A DNA stretch of 64,000 nucleotides from Thermoanaerobaculia bacterium (GTDB taxonomy: Bacteria; Acidobacteriota; Thermoanaerobaculia; Multivoradales; UBA5704): contig DASWME010000013.1 in assembly GCA_036399915.1 (NCBI GenBank), positions 1,724 through 65,723 of the forward strand, written 5' to 3'. The notes under the pieces were generated by a model that made no database searches, was not told the DNA's origin, and was given only the letters and a program-made list of their open reading frames with translations. Positions 17,174 through 30,205 of this stretch are shown piece by piece (the first letter of the stretch is position 1; every line of letters starts with the position of its first letter). The translations under genes and the position numbers were made by a program.

Positions 17174-19177
17174 ATGTTCAGCCGGCTTGCGGCGGCCACA
17201 GTCTTGATCCTCCTCGTCGCTTCGGCCCCTGCTCTCGCTCAGGAGAAGGGGAGGGGACCTCGCCCCTTGCCGCCCGAGCAGCTCCATGCCGACGCAAGCG
17301 CGCTCGGCTTGACTCCCGAGGTCGCGGCTCTCATCGCCGACACGCCGTTGATGCGGGACCTCCCCGGCCCTGAGGACACCGCCGAGGTCATCCGCCGCTA
17401 TCTGCGCAAGGGCAATTACGAAAAGTTGTCGCCTGAGCGGTACACCGCGCTGATGGAGGACACCGTGCGCCGCTGGCCCGAAAGCCGCCTCGCGCACGAG
17501 GGGCTGGCCCAAGCCCTCCTTGGCGGCCATGGCGACCCATCGCCGGAGGCGCTGCAGCGCGCCGCCAAGGAGTACCTGGCCGCGGCGGAGATCGGGTTCA
17601 GCCACGGCGAGGTGCACTACGAGATGGTGATCGCGGATGTCCTGGGGAGGACCGGAGACAAAGCTGCCCTCGACGACTACTTCGCCAAGGTCTTCTCCTT
17701 GATCGGCGACGAGAAGGAACGTTACGGTGCGTATCTCTCTTATGCCCAAGCCCTCTCAAGGCTCGGCGACCGCCGCGCCGAGGAGTACTTCCTCAAGGCG
17801 ATCGACGTGAGCCCCGGAGGATTGGATCCTTACGAGCTGTATGCAGTTTATCTGCTCGAAACCGGCCAGCCGCGGAAGGTGTTGGATCTGTTGAGCCCTC
17901 AGGTTCTCGAGTCGGCCGTCTCCACCCGCGATTTCTTCCGCGGCCTGCGCTGCCGCGCGTTAAAGCAGCTGGGCCATGACCCAAAGCAGGAGGCTGACTG
18001 CCAGGTCACGTCACGGCCTGTCCCGCCGTCGGTGGGAGGTGCCGGCTCGGTCCCTTTTGTCTTTGAAGCCGCTGAGGGTCAGAAAGGGGACGGATCCCTT
18101 GAGAGTATCTTCGGCAAGGCACACATCAACAATGCGGATGACTGCCGGTATAACACCAGCCCTGGCTGCGCCTACCACCCGGCTGATCCGAACTTCTACA
18201 AGATCTGTTACAATTTTCTTACCTGGAACCTTGCTGAGATAATCGAGAACGAGGCCTTTACCGAGGCACCAGGATCCCGCGTCGCGGTGGCTTGGACGGT
18301 GCGCGATCGCGTACTCCGTAGCAAGAATCCGGGTGGCAGTCTACCCGCCTGCGGGGGCTTCCCGGGAGGCGGCGGCACCTGCACCTCGGCATGCCCGGCT
18401 CCCAACCTGCCGGAAACCTGTGACATCCAGAAGCGCTACTGCTGCGTTATCCATTCTGGAAGCTTCGTGGACACCCACCGGTCTGTCACCTTTCAGAACA
18501 TCGACTTTGCCTACAGGGTCATTGAGGGCGGGCTCCCGGACCCGGTCTCGGGTTACCTTCCGCAAGGCGCCGGCTGTTCTCTCAACAGTTGCGACGGGAC
18601 CGTCTACTGCAATACCTGGGGCGGTGAGTTGGACTTTGCGCCTGAAGGCCCCATTTTCTTTTACGGCAACCGAGCCACCAGCTACCGCTGCCTGGGATAC
18701 CAGCCCCTCGTCTCCACCGCCTGCAGCATCGTCGCCGGCGAAACCTGCGGCGACTCGGCCGATGGCTCGGGGAGCGACAACTGCTACGGCCGTGCTACGA
18801 GACAGCGGCCCTGGGACGGCACCCAGCTTGCGTGCGGTGCAGGTTGCACGAGCAATGGCTCGATCAAGCGCCTGATCAGTGGTGCAAACCTTTTCAAGAC
18901 ACCAACTGAGACTCCGAAATTCAAGGACCCGGGAGGGAAAGCCTTCCTCCTCGAAGCTGCGCTCGAAAGCGGAACGGGAGCTTCCGTCCGCGTGCAGCTT
19001 CTCAACTCTGCCGGAGCGCTGCTCCATGATTTCGGCACCCTGACCGTCGGCTCGACCACCTACACGAGCTACGAATTCAAGTCCTCAATCGTGATCCTGG
19101 GACCAGGGAGCACGGTGAAGGTCATCAACAACGGACCTTCCGTCATCCTGGTCCGAAAAGTCACGGCCCACGACTAG
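17174..19177 (+). CDS. Secreted TPR + SleB/Hydrolase_2-like Cys-rich protein
   Basis: Signal peptide MFSRLAAATVLILLVASAPALA; TPR-like helices; LAEIIENEAF..RVAVAWTVRDRV resembles the Hydrolase_2 motif; alternative start 17129. Confidence 0.75.
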   Translation: MFSRLAAATVLILLVASAPALAQEKGRGPRPLPPEQLHADASALGLTPEVAALIADTPLMRDLPGPEDTAEVIRRYLRKGNYEKLSPERYTALMEDTVRRWPESRLAHEGLAQALLGGHGDPSPEALQRAAKEYLAAAEIGFSHGEVHYEMVIADVLGRTGDKAALDDYFAKVFSLIGDEKERYGAYLSYAQALSRLGDRRAEEYFLKAIDVSPGGLDPYELYAVYLLETGQPRKVLDLLSPQVLESAVSTRDFFRGLRCRALKQLGHDPKQEADCQVTSRPVPPSVGGAGSVPFVFEAAEGQKGDGSLESIFGKAHINNADDCRYNTSPGCAYHPADPNFYKICYNFLTWNLAEIIENEAFTEAPGSRVAVAWTVRDRVLRSKNPGGSLPACGGFPGGGGTCTSACPAPNLPETCDIQKRYCCVIHSGSFVDTHRSVTFQNIDFAYRVIEGGLPDPVSGYLPQGAGCSLNSCDGTVYCNTWGGELDFAPEGPIFFYGNRATSYRCLGYQPLVSTACSIVAGETCGDSADGSGSDNCYGRATRQRPWDGTQLACGAGCTSNGSIKRLISGANLFKTPTETPKFKDPGGKAFLLEAALESGTGASVRVQLLNSAGALLHDFGTLTVGSTTYTSYEFKSSIVILGPGSTVKVINNGPSVILVRKVTAHD

Positions 19178-19315
19178 AGCCGTTGTTCCGGGCACCGGTG
19201 TCCCGACGCTGGTGCCCCGGTGGCCCGCAGGGCCGGCAGCAACCCTTATTTCTCACAGCGGTACTCCTTTGGTGAAAATTGGCTGGGAAACCTCAGGCAG
19301 GGAGCTAGCAGAAGC

Positions 19316-20049
19316 CTACGAGTTTCTCCAAACCATGGTGATGCCTTCGCAAAGAGAACTGGGCAGGAACCGGTAGGCAGCGTTCTTCAGAGACCCCAGG
19401 ATCACCTGTCGTCCTACGGTCTCACCGGATTCCCCATGCGCGAATCTTGCGTCGAAGTAAAATGACATCGTGCATTCCTCGATCCGAAATCCTACCTCTG
19501 AAGCTAACTCGAGGAGCTCTTTTCGCGTGTACTCCCGGAATGGCCAGGGTTCTGCCGATCCACCCGGATCATCTCGAACGGGTTCCGTCCGAGAAGCAGC
19601 TTCAATCTTTTGGGCAAGGAGGCGGCGTTGGGAATTTGTAGGACAATACACCCATCGTCAACCAACAACGCTCGAACGAAACTTAGCGCAAACTGAGGCG
19701 CCGTGTAAAGATGGTCGAGAACTTCGGCCATCACCACAAAGTCATATCTGGGGAGATCCCGGCGCCAGGTCTCCGTCCGCTGGGTGAGGTTCAGGTCAAA
19801 CCCGAAGTGCCTGCCTTCGGGCGTCACTCGATCCTCTCCGAATCCCAGCGAATCGACTGCGATGCCAAACCGCTCGTGGATCAGCGCCGTCAACCGTGAC
19901 GGACCGATATCCAAGAGCGTCGAACCGGGTCCAACACCGTACCTGTCCAGGATCTCCAGCAGGTACGCGTAGCGGGGCGCGTGATAGGCGACGTAACCTT
20001 GATCCTCGCCATGGATGGCGGCCGCTGAGGGACCTCGCGCCTTTCGCAT
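19316..20049 (-). pseudogene. Class I SAM methyltransferase split by a 1-bp frameshift
   Basis: LLDIGP, DFVVMAEVLDHL, IPNAAS..NPGH in one frame, FREYTRKELL in another; CAT-TTC lost one T near 19540. Confidence 0.75.
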
Positions 20050-20261
20050 CTTTGGAGATCCTACCCCACCCTGCCTCCCCTGGCGGGTTGGCGGCCGTGG
20101 GTCTGGGCACTCACCCATCCCGAGCGCCTCCTAGAGAGGATGCAGAGCGCCGCGAACGGAAAAGGTGGTCCGGCGGACCATAGCCTATGCGCCTTGGCGG
20201 GAGGGAGTCTCCAGCCCGCCCGCTCCATGCGACAGTACGGCCGCACTCCAGGAGGAATTCG

Positions 20262-21425
20262 ATGACCGAGAGCGACCGCGTCACAGGGGACGAGGAGGTG
20301 CCTTTTCAGGCCCGCTGGCTGGCGCGCCTGTCTGTTCGCGAGCGCGGCCGCTACCGGCGGGCGCGGGCGCTGCTCGGCGCCGGCGGCGGCGCGCGGTCCC
20401 TTATCGCTGGGGATTTGGCCCTGGCCGGGCGCGGCGTCTACGAGGCGCTGCTCGCTCGGAGCTGGGCCGTGCGGTTCGACGATCCCGAGGAGATGGTCCA
20501 TCTGGCCGAGACCGCGCTGGAGGTGGCCCGGGGGTTCGCGGTCCGCCGGCGCGGAGTGCGGCGCGTCGCCGACCTCAACGCGCGCGCCTGGGGCGAGCTG
20601 GCCAACGCTTGGCGCGTGGCGGACCGGCTGGGCCCGGCGCAAAAGGCGTTCGGCGAGGCCTTCGCCCTGCTCCAGAGGGGCACGGGCGATCCGTACCTCA
20701 AGGCGCGGCTGTTCGACCTCGAAGCCTCCCTGCTGGGGACGCTGGGGGAGCACCGGCTCGCCCTGCGCCGGCTCGCATACCTTGCCGAGCTGTACCAGGA
20801 GTTGGGCGAGCCCCACCTCGCCGGCCGGGCCCTGGTGGGCCAGGCGCTGTACACGTTCTACGGCGGGCAGGCCGAGGAGGCGGTCAAGCTCAACGCCGAA
20901 GGGCTGGCGCGGCTCGACCGGCGGCGGGACCCGGCCCTGTTCGGGCTGGCGCTGGTCAACCACCTGCTCTTCCTGGTGGACCTCGGGCAGTACCCGCAAG
21001 CGAAGCGGACGCTGTTCGAGCACCGCCGGCACCTGGCGGGCCGCGACCGGGCCACCTCGCTCCGGCTGCGCTGGATCGAGGGACGGATCAGCTACGGCCT
21101 GGGCGAGCTGGGGAGCGCCGAGGCCGCGTTCCGCGAGATAAAGCAGGGGTTCCTGGAGGCCGGCCAGGCGTTCGCGGCGGCGGTGGGCTGCCTGGACCTG
21201 GCCATGGTGCTGGTGCGCCGGGGCAGGCTGGAGGAGGCCGGGAGGATGGTGGGCCTCGCCCGGGCGCACCTGCTGGCGCTGGAGAGCTGCCGCGAGTTCC
21301 TGGGGGTGGTGGTGTATCTCGAGGAGTCGCTCCGGCGGCGCGAGGCCACGGCGGAGCTAGTCGGGGAGACCGTCGCCTTCCTCTGGCGCCGGGAGCTGCA
21401 GGTCGGCTCCCGGCCTCTGCGCTGA
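20262..21425 (+). CDS. TPR-like protein related to the regulator TPR body but lacking an HTH
   Basis: ARAWGELANAWRVAD, LFDLEASL, LRLRWIEGRI, LDLAMV motifs shared with the HTH-TPR copies; GGAGG RBS. Confidence 0.85.
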   Translation: MTESDRVTGDEEVPFQARWLARLSVRERGRYRRARALLGAGGGARSLIAGDLALAGRGVYEALLARSWAVRFDDPEEMVHLAETALEVARGFAVRRRGVRRVADLNARAWGELANAWRVADRLGPAQKAFGEAFALLQRGTGDPYLKARLFDLEASLLGTLGEHRLALRRLAYLAELYQELGEPHLAGRALVGQALYTFYGGQAEEAVKLNAEGLARLDRRRDPALFGLALVNHLLFLVDLGQYPQAKRTLFEHRRHLAGRDRATSLRLRWIEGRISYGLGELGSAEAAFREIKQGFLEAGQAFAAAVGCLDLAMVLVRRGRLEEAGRMVGLARAHLLALESCREFLGVVVYLEESLRRREATAELVGETVAFLWRRELQVGSRPLR

Positions 21426-21447
21426 GCGGCCTTTGGCATGCGTGGCC

Positions 21448-21676
21448 TGACCTGCAGGGCAAGCCGCGTGCCCTTCAGGTCAAAGAGCCTGCCCTTCGGG
21501 TCAAGCGGCGTGCCCTTCAGGTCAAGGCCCTGACCTGCAGGTCAAGCCGCCTGCCCTTCAGGTCAAAGGGCCTGCCCTTCAGGTCAAGCGGCGCGCCCTT
21601 CAGGTCACGCCCATGACCTGCGGGTCAAGCCGCGTGACCTTCAGGTCAAAAGGCCTGACCTTCAGGTCAAGAGGCC
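21448..21676. repeat. Tandem array of 11 units (21 bp; units 4 and 8 are 20 bp) with TG(A/C)CC-N4-GGTCA core
   Basis: Units read directly, e.g. TGACCTGCAGGTCAAGCCGCC; 83-bp higher-order period. Confidence 0.95.
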
Positions 21677-21810
21677 TAGGGTCTGAAGAAGATTTGAGCC
21701 TGCCAGGGCCTGCAATGGCTCTTTGCGGAGAAGGATGGGCATTCCCCTTTCTCTATTCACAATGCACCCCTCTCTGGCTATACTTTCGGGCCAGATCGGC
21801 AGCGCTTGCG

Positions 21811-25461
<3,651 letters not shown>

Positions 25462-25465
25462 CGTG

Positions 25466-25684
25466 TCAGACCTGCCGCGGCGGCTCTTTGGGGTCCGGAT
25501 CGCGGCGGGCCGGCTCGTCCTGGGTGGGAGAGTCGTCCGGCTCGTCGACCGGCGGCTCCTCGAGGGGGGACTCGTCCGGATTGTCCAGGGGCTCGTCGCG
25601 CTTCGGGTGGTCGATCGGCTCGCGGGGGTCGCGGTCGCGGCGGGGGTCGTGGGGGTCCCAGGCGTCGGTTCGGGGAACTCGCAA
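25466..25684 (-). CDS. Small Pro/Asp/Glu-rich disordered protein
   Basis: TTG start after GAGGAGG; MRVPRTDAWDPHDPRRD...EPPRQV, 72 aa. Confidence 0.45.
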   Translation of the reverse strand: MRVPRTDAWDPHDPRRDRDPREPIDHPKRDEPLDNPDESPLEEPPVDEPDDSPTQDEPARRDPDPKEPPRQV

Positions 25685-25765
25685 GGCGTCTCCTCCTCGC
25701 TCCCGGAGCCGCAGCAAGGATCGGGCCGCGCCGGACGGCCCCTTTCTTGCACGGCCCCGTCCGCC

Positions 25766-26185
25766 ATGAATCCGCCCGACAGCTCCCAGTGGCTCCTCCA
25801 GATCGTCTGGCTCCTGCTCCTCGCGGTCCCCATCGCCTGCGTGGCGTGGACGGTGACGCACGAGGAGGTCTTCCGCGAGCCGCGCGAGTACTGCGAGGAG
25901 AGGTCGAAGAGCGCCCGCAACCCCCTGGTGCGGAAGTTCTTCTATCTCTTCACCTGCGAGTACTGCTTCAGCCACTACGTGACGATCTTCTTCCTGATCG
26001 TCACCCGCTACCGGCTGCTGCTCGACGACTGGCGGGGGTACCTCATCGCCTTCTTCGCCCTGGTGGCGGTGGCCAACGTTTACATGAGCTCCTTCAGCCG
26101 GCTGCGCCAGGAGGTGAAGACGGAGAAGCTGAACGCGAAGAAGAAGGAGATCGAGCTGGAGGAGGCGACGAACGGCTCGGCGTAG
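25766..26185 (+). CDS. Small membrane protein with CEYC motif (DUF1360-like)
   Basis: Hydrophobic segments; EEVFREPR, FTCEYCFSHY. Confidence 0.7.
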   Translation: MNPPDSSQWLLQIVWLLLLAVPIACVAWTVTHEEVFREPREYCEERSKSARNPLVRKFFYLFTCEYCFSHYVTIFFLIVTRYRLLLDDWRGYLIAFFALVAVANVYMSSFSRLRQEVKTEKLNAKKKEIELEEATNGSA

Positions 26186-26193
26186 GGGCGCCC

Positions 26194-26727
26194 CTACGGC
26201 TCCGAGGCCTCGTCCAGCTCTTCGACCTCGGCCAGGACCTCCAGGGCGCGCTCGGCGTCCCCGGGGTGGACCTCGACGCGGCTCAGGGCCACGGGTTGGC
26301 CGGTCAGGAGGCTCACCGCCGGCAGGCGCTCCTCCAGGACGCAGGCGTCGATCCCCTCGGACTCGAGCAGGGTCCGCGCGAGGTGGGCTTCCCACGGGGT
26401 GGAGAACCGGCCGACCGTGACCAGGGCCTCGGGCTCCTCAAACTCCTCGGCGGCGCCGGCCCGGGCGTCGTCCTCGGTGACCAGATAGAGGATGGGCCGG
26501 CGGTTGCGTAGCAGCTCGGCCGCCTTCTCCCTGTCCCCGGGGCGGACCTGGAGCCGCACGCCGGCGAGCGAGGAGAGGGGATTGTAGAGGCGGAAGAAGT
26601 GCTCGTCCGCGACCACGGCGTGGATCCCCTCGGCTTCCAGGCAGGCGCGGGCGAGCTGCGCCTCCCAGGGGGAGGAGAAGGTCTCCAGGGTGACCAGCTT
26701 CTCGAGGTCGTATTCCGGATCGGACAT
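26194..26727 (-). CDS. Tandem DUF2007-like domain protein
   Basis: Two copies of LVT..FS.PWEA.LAR..LE.EGI.A.V. Confidence 0.8.
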   Translation of the reverse strand: MSDPEYDLEKLVTLETFSSPWEAQLARACLEAEGIHAVVADEHFFRLYNPLSSLAGVRLQVRPGDREKAAELLRNRRPILYLVTEDDARAGAAEEFEEPEALVTVGRFSTPWEAHLARTLLESEGIDACVLEERLPAVSLLTGQPVALSRVEVHPGDAERALEVLAEVEELDEASEP

Positions 26728-26766
26728 TGACAATCCCGTTAGCAAATCCCAGGCCGTGCGCCCGCT

Positions 26767-26970
26767 TTAGAGGGCGCCGCCGCTCCGCAGCAGGGCCCAG
26801 AGGCCCGCGAGCAGGGCGGCGAAGAACAGCGCCGTGAGCAGCCCGGCCCAGACCCCCGCCGCCCGGCCCCGCCAGTGCGCGGCCGCCAAGGAGGCGCCCA
26901 CCACGCTGAGCAACGCGAAAACCAGAAACAACGCCAGAGGCATCCACATTTCGGACGACGGGGGCGTCAT
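26767..26970 (-). CDS. Small two-TM membrane protein
   Basis: 67-aa hydrophobic ORF, co-oriented with neighbours. Confidence 0.5.
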   Translation of the reverse strand: MTPPSSEMWMPLALFLVFALLSVVGASLAAAHWRGRAAGVWAGLLTALFFAALLAGLWALLRSGGAL

Positions 26971-27027
26971 GGCTTGTCGCGGAAGGGCCGCGGCTCCATG
27001 GTACCTCGGATCGGGTCCGATCCGCGG

Positions 27028-29211
27028 TCATTCCTTGTAGAACCGCGCCCCCCGCGCCGCCATCTCCCGCAGCAGCGCCGCCGGCCGCAGCCGCTCGCCG
27101 TGCTTTGCGGCGTAGCCGTCCAGCCGGTCCACCACCCAGGCGAGGCCGTGGCGGTCCGCCTCGCGCAGCAGGCCGCCGCGGAAGGGCGGGAACCCGAAGC
27201 CGAAGATCACGCCGATGTCCACGTCCGCCGGGTTGGTGAGGATCCCCTCCTCCATGCAGCGGGCGGTCTCGTTGAGCATCTGGAGCCAGCAGCGCTCGAC
27301 GATCTCCTGATCGTCGAGCGGCTTCTCCCGCCAGCCGAGCAGGCGGTAGACCGCCTCGTCCACGCGCTTCTCCCCCTTCCCCCCTTCCTTCTCTTCATAG
27401 AGGTAGAAGCCGCGCCTGGACTTCCGGCCGAGCCGCTGGTCCGCGACCATCCGCTCGAGGACGGGCGGCGGCGCGACGCGGTCGCCCAGGGCCTCGCGGA
27501 CGACGCCGCCGGCGTGACGGGCCACGTCGAGCCCGACCTCGTCGAGCAGGGCGAAGGGGCCCACCGGCCAGCCCCAGCGGGTCATGGCGCGGTCCACCTG
27601 CTCGATGTCGGCTCCCTCGGCGAGCATCCAGGCGGCCTCGTTGAGCATGGTCCCCAGCACGCGCGAGGTGAAGAAGCCGGGGCCGTCCCCCACCACGATG
27701 ACGGTCTTGCCCATCGTCCGCCCCACCTCCACCGTGGTGGCCAGCGTCTCCTCCGACGTGCCGGGGTGGCGGATCACCTCCAGCAGCGGCATCTTGTGGA
27801 CCGGGCTGAAGAAGTGCATGCCCACCACCCTCTCCGGCCGGCGGCTGGCCGCGGCCAGGCGAGCGATGGGGATGGCCGAGGTGTTGGAGGCGAAGATCAA
27901 CCCCTCCGGGGCCACCGCCTCGGTCTCGCGGATCACGGCGCGCTTGACTTCGAGATCCTCGAACACCGCCTCGATCACGAAATCGGCGCGCCGCAGCGCG
28001 TCATAGTCGACCGTCGGCAGGATGCGCCCCATGGCGTTCTTCGCCTCGGCCTCGGTGAGGCGGCGGCGCTTGACCAGCTCGCGGAACTGCTGCGAGCAGA
28101 AACCGTAGCCCCGGCCGACGGCGGCGAGGTCCTTGTCCTTGAGGACGACGGGCACCCCCTGGTTGGCGAGCACCTGGACGATCCCCGAGCCCATGAAGCC
28201 GGCGCCGAGGACGCCCACGGCGCCGACCGGCCGGGCCGCGCGGGCGATCTTCGCCGCCCGGGCTTCCACCTCGTTCTTGGCGAAGAAGAGGGAGATCAGG
28301 CTCTTGGCCGTGTCGGAGACGACCAGCTCGGAGAAGGCGCCGGCCTCGAGGTCCAAGGCGCGGGAGAGCGGCAGCTTCAGCCCCTCGCGGACCACGTCGA
28401 GGGCCACCAGCGGCGCCGGGTAGTGGCCGCCGGTCTTCTCCATCACGCCGACGCGGGCCTTCTCCCACACCAGCCGGCCGCCCAGGGGGGTGCGGGCCAG
28501 CAGGTCTCCGGCGCGGGAGGCGAGGGGTTTCTTTCTCCCCTTCTCCTTCCCTTCGCCGCCGCGCAGCGCGCGCTCGGCCGCCGCGCGCAGGTCGGCCGGG
28601 TGGCAGGTGTCGTCCACCAGCCCCAGGCGTTTCGCCTTGCGGGCGTCCACCTGCTTGCCGGTGAGGATCAGGTCGAGGGCGTCGGGCACGCCGATCAGGC
28701 GCGGCAGGCGCTGGGTGCCGCCGAGGCCGGGGATGAGCCCGAGCTGCACCTCGGGGAATCCCAGCCTGGTCTTGGGATGCTCCGTCGCGACGCGGCGGCG
28801 GCAGGCCAGGGCCAGCTCCAGGCCGCCGCCCAGGCAGGCGCCGTGGATGGCCGCGACCGTGGGGAACGGCAGGCCGGCCAGCCTCTCCATCAGCTCGTGG
28901 CCGCGCTGCAGCATGGCGATCACCGATTCCTTGTCAGAAAGCCGCAGCAGCTCCTCGAGGTCGGCGCCGGCCACGAAGCCGTCCGGCTTGCCGGAGTAGA
29001 CGACGAGTCCCTCCGGCCGCTCCCGCTCCAGAGGGGCGATCCGCTCTTCGAACCAGCCGAGGAGGCGGGTCGAGAGGGTGTTGACCTTCTTGCCGGGATC
29101 GTCCAGGCGCAGCCAGGCGATCCCGTCTTCGTAGGTCAGAGCGCCGGGGGCCGCGCCGGCCGGGGCTTTATTCACATGGGGTTCGGCTTCGATGACGGTC
29201 ATGGCGGGCAT
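27028..29211 (-). CDS. fadJ: Fatty-acid oxidation complex alpha subunit (enoyl-CoA hydratase/3-hydroxyacyl-CoA dehydrogenase)
   Basis: [59 protein letters not shown]. Confidence 0.9.
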   Translation of the reverse strand: MPAMTVIEAEPHVNKAPAGAAPGALTYEDGIAWLRLDDPGKKVNTLSTRLLGWFEERIAPLERERPEGLVVYSGKPDGFVAGADLEELLRLSDKESVIAMLQRGHELMERLAGLPFPTVAAIHGACLGGGLELALACRRRVATEHPKTRLGFPEVQLGLIPGLGGTQRLPRLIGVPDALDLILTGKQVDARKAKRLGLVDDTCHPADLRAAAERALRGGEGKEKGRKKPLASRAGDLLARTPLGGRLVWEKARVGVMEKTGGHYPAPLVALDVVREGLKLPLSRALDLEAGAFSELVVSDTAKSLISLFFAKNEVEARAAKIARAARPVGAVGVLGAGFMGSGIVQVLANQGVPVVLKDKDLAAVGRGYGFCSQQFRELVKRRRLTEAEAKNAMGRILPTVDYDALRRADFVIEAVFEDLEVKRAVIRETEAVAPEGLIFASNTSAIPIARLAAASRRPERVVGMHFFSPVHKMPLLEVIRHPGTSEETLATTVEVGRTMGKTVIVVGDGPGFFTSRVLGTMLNEAAWMLAEGADIEQVDRAMTRWGWPVGPFALLDEVGLDVARHAGGVVREALGDRVAPPPVLERMVADQRLGRKSRRGFYLYEEKEGGKGEKRVDEAVYRLLGWREKPLDDQEIVERCWLQMLNETARCMEEGILTNPADVDIGVIFGFGFPPFRGGLLREADRHGLAWVVDRLDGYAAKHGERLRPAALLREMAARGARFYKE

Positions 29212-29215
29212 CCTA

Positions 29216-30199
29216 CTAGCCCAGCTTTCCCAGCGCCTCCTTCGCCTCCTTGAGGCTGGGATCGAGCTTCAGGGCCGTCTGGTATTCGGCGCGGGCCGCG
29301 GCCTTGTTCCCCTTCTTCTCGTAGACCATGCCGAGCCGGAAGTGGGCGTTCGCCAGGGGAGCGCTGTCCGGTCCGGGGGTGTGCCCCAGATAGCGCTTGA
29401 GGCACTCCTCGGCACGGTCGAGACGGCGGCCGGAGAGCGCGCCGGTCCTACCGATCTGATAGAGGGCGTCCCAGTCGTCGGGTTTCGCCTTGAGCAGGCC
29501 CTCGAAGGTCTCGAAGGCGGCGTCCCACTTCTCCTGGCTCTGGTAGAGGGCGCCGAGGGTCAGGCGCGGGCGCGGATCGGCCGGCGCCTTCTGGACCGCC
29601 TCCTTGAGCTCCCGCTCCGCGCCGGCAGCGTCCTTCTGATCCAGGGCGATGGTGGCGTAGGCGACGGCGCCGCGCACGGCGTCGCGCTTCTTGATCTCGG
29701 CGGCCTGCTCGCGCGCCTTCTCCACGCTGCCGCCCATGAACCCCGGCGCCTGCAGGTAGTACTGGATCAGGTCCGAGCGGGCGTCGAGGTTGTTGGGATC
29801 GGCGGCCAGGGCCTTGTCCCAGGCCGCCTTGGCCTTCTTCGCCAGCCCGGGCTGCTTGAAGAGGCTCGCCTGCTGGGCGGCCCGCCCGTAGGCGCGCGCC
29901 AGCCAGAGGTGGTGCTCCGAGCGGCCGGGCGCCAGGGCCGCCGCCTTCTCCAGCCACTCGGCCGCCCGCTCGTACTGCCGCAGGAAGAACCAGGTCTTCC
30001 CCAGGTAGTAGGCGGCCTCGGCGTCCCTCGGGTTGCGGGCGGCGTAGGGCTCGAAAAACTTCCGCGCCTCCTCGTAGCGGCGGCTCTCGAAGAGGTGGAC
30101 CCCGGGAGCCAGCACGTCGTTGGCGGCGCCGGCCGCGGCGGGCCCCAGCAGGGAGAGCATCAAGATCCCCAGCACCAACCAGCTTTTCTCTCTTCTCAT
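29216..30199 (-). CDS. Exported TPR-repeat protein
   Basis: Signal peptide followed by canonical TPR repeats. Confidence 0.85.
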   Translation of the reverse strand: MRREKSWLVLGILMLSLLGPAAAGAANDVLAPGVHLFESRRYEEARKFFEPYAARNPRDAEAAYYLGKTWFFLRQYERAAEWLEKAAALAPGRSEHHLWLARAYGRAAQQASLFKQPGLAKKAKAAWDKALAADPNNLDARSDLIQYYLQAPGFMGGSVEKAREQAAEIKKRDAVRGAVAYATIALDQKDAAGAERELKEAVQKAPADPRPRLTLGALYQSQEKWDAAFETFEGLLKAKPDDWDALYQIGRTGALSGRRLDRAEECLKRYLGHTPGPDSAPLANAHFRLGMVYEKKGNKAAARAEYQTALKLDPSLKEAKEALGKLG

Positions 30200-30205
30200 C
30201 GTCGA

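Noticed and set aside
21448-21676. CRISPR interpretation of either 21-bp array
   Set aside because: No unique spacers of 25-45 nt, variable parts recur as subtypes, and no cas genes in the window
11340-21800. att-like direct repeats flanking accessory region 1
   Set aside because: None found by eye at either boundary; the region is called accessory from content only
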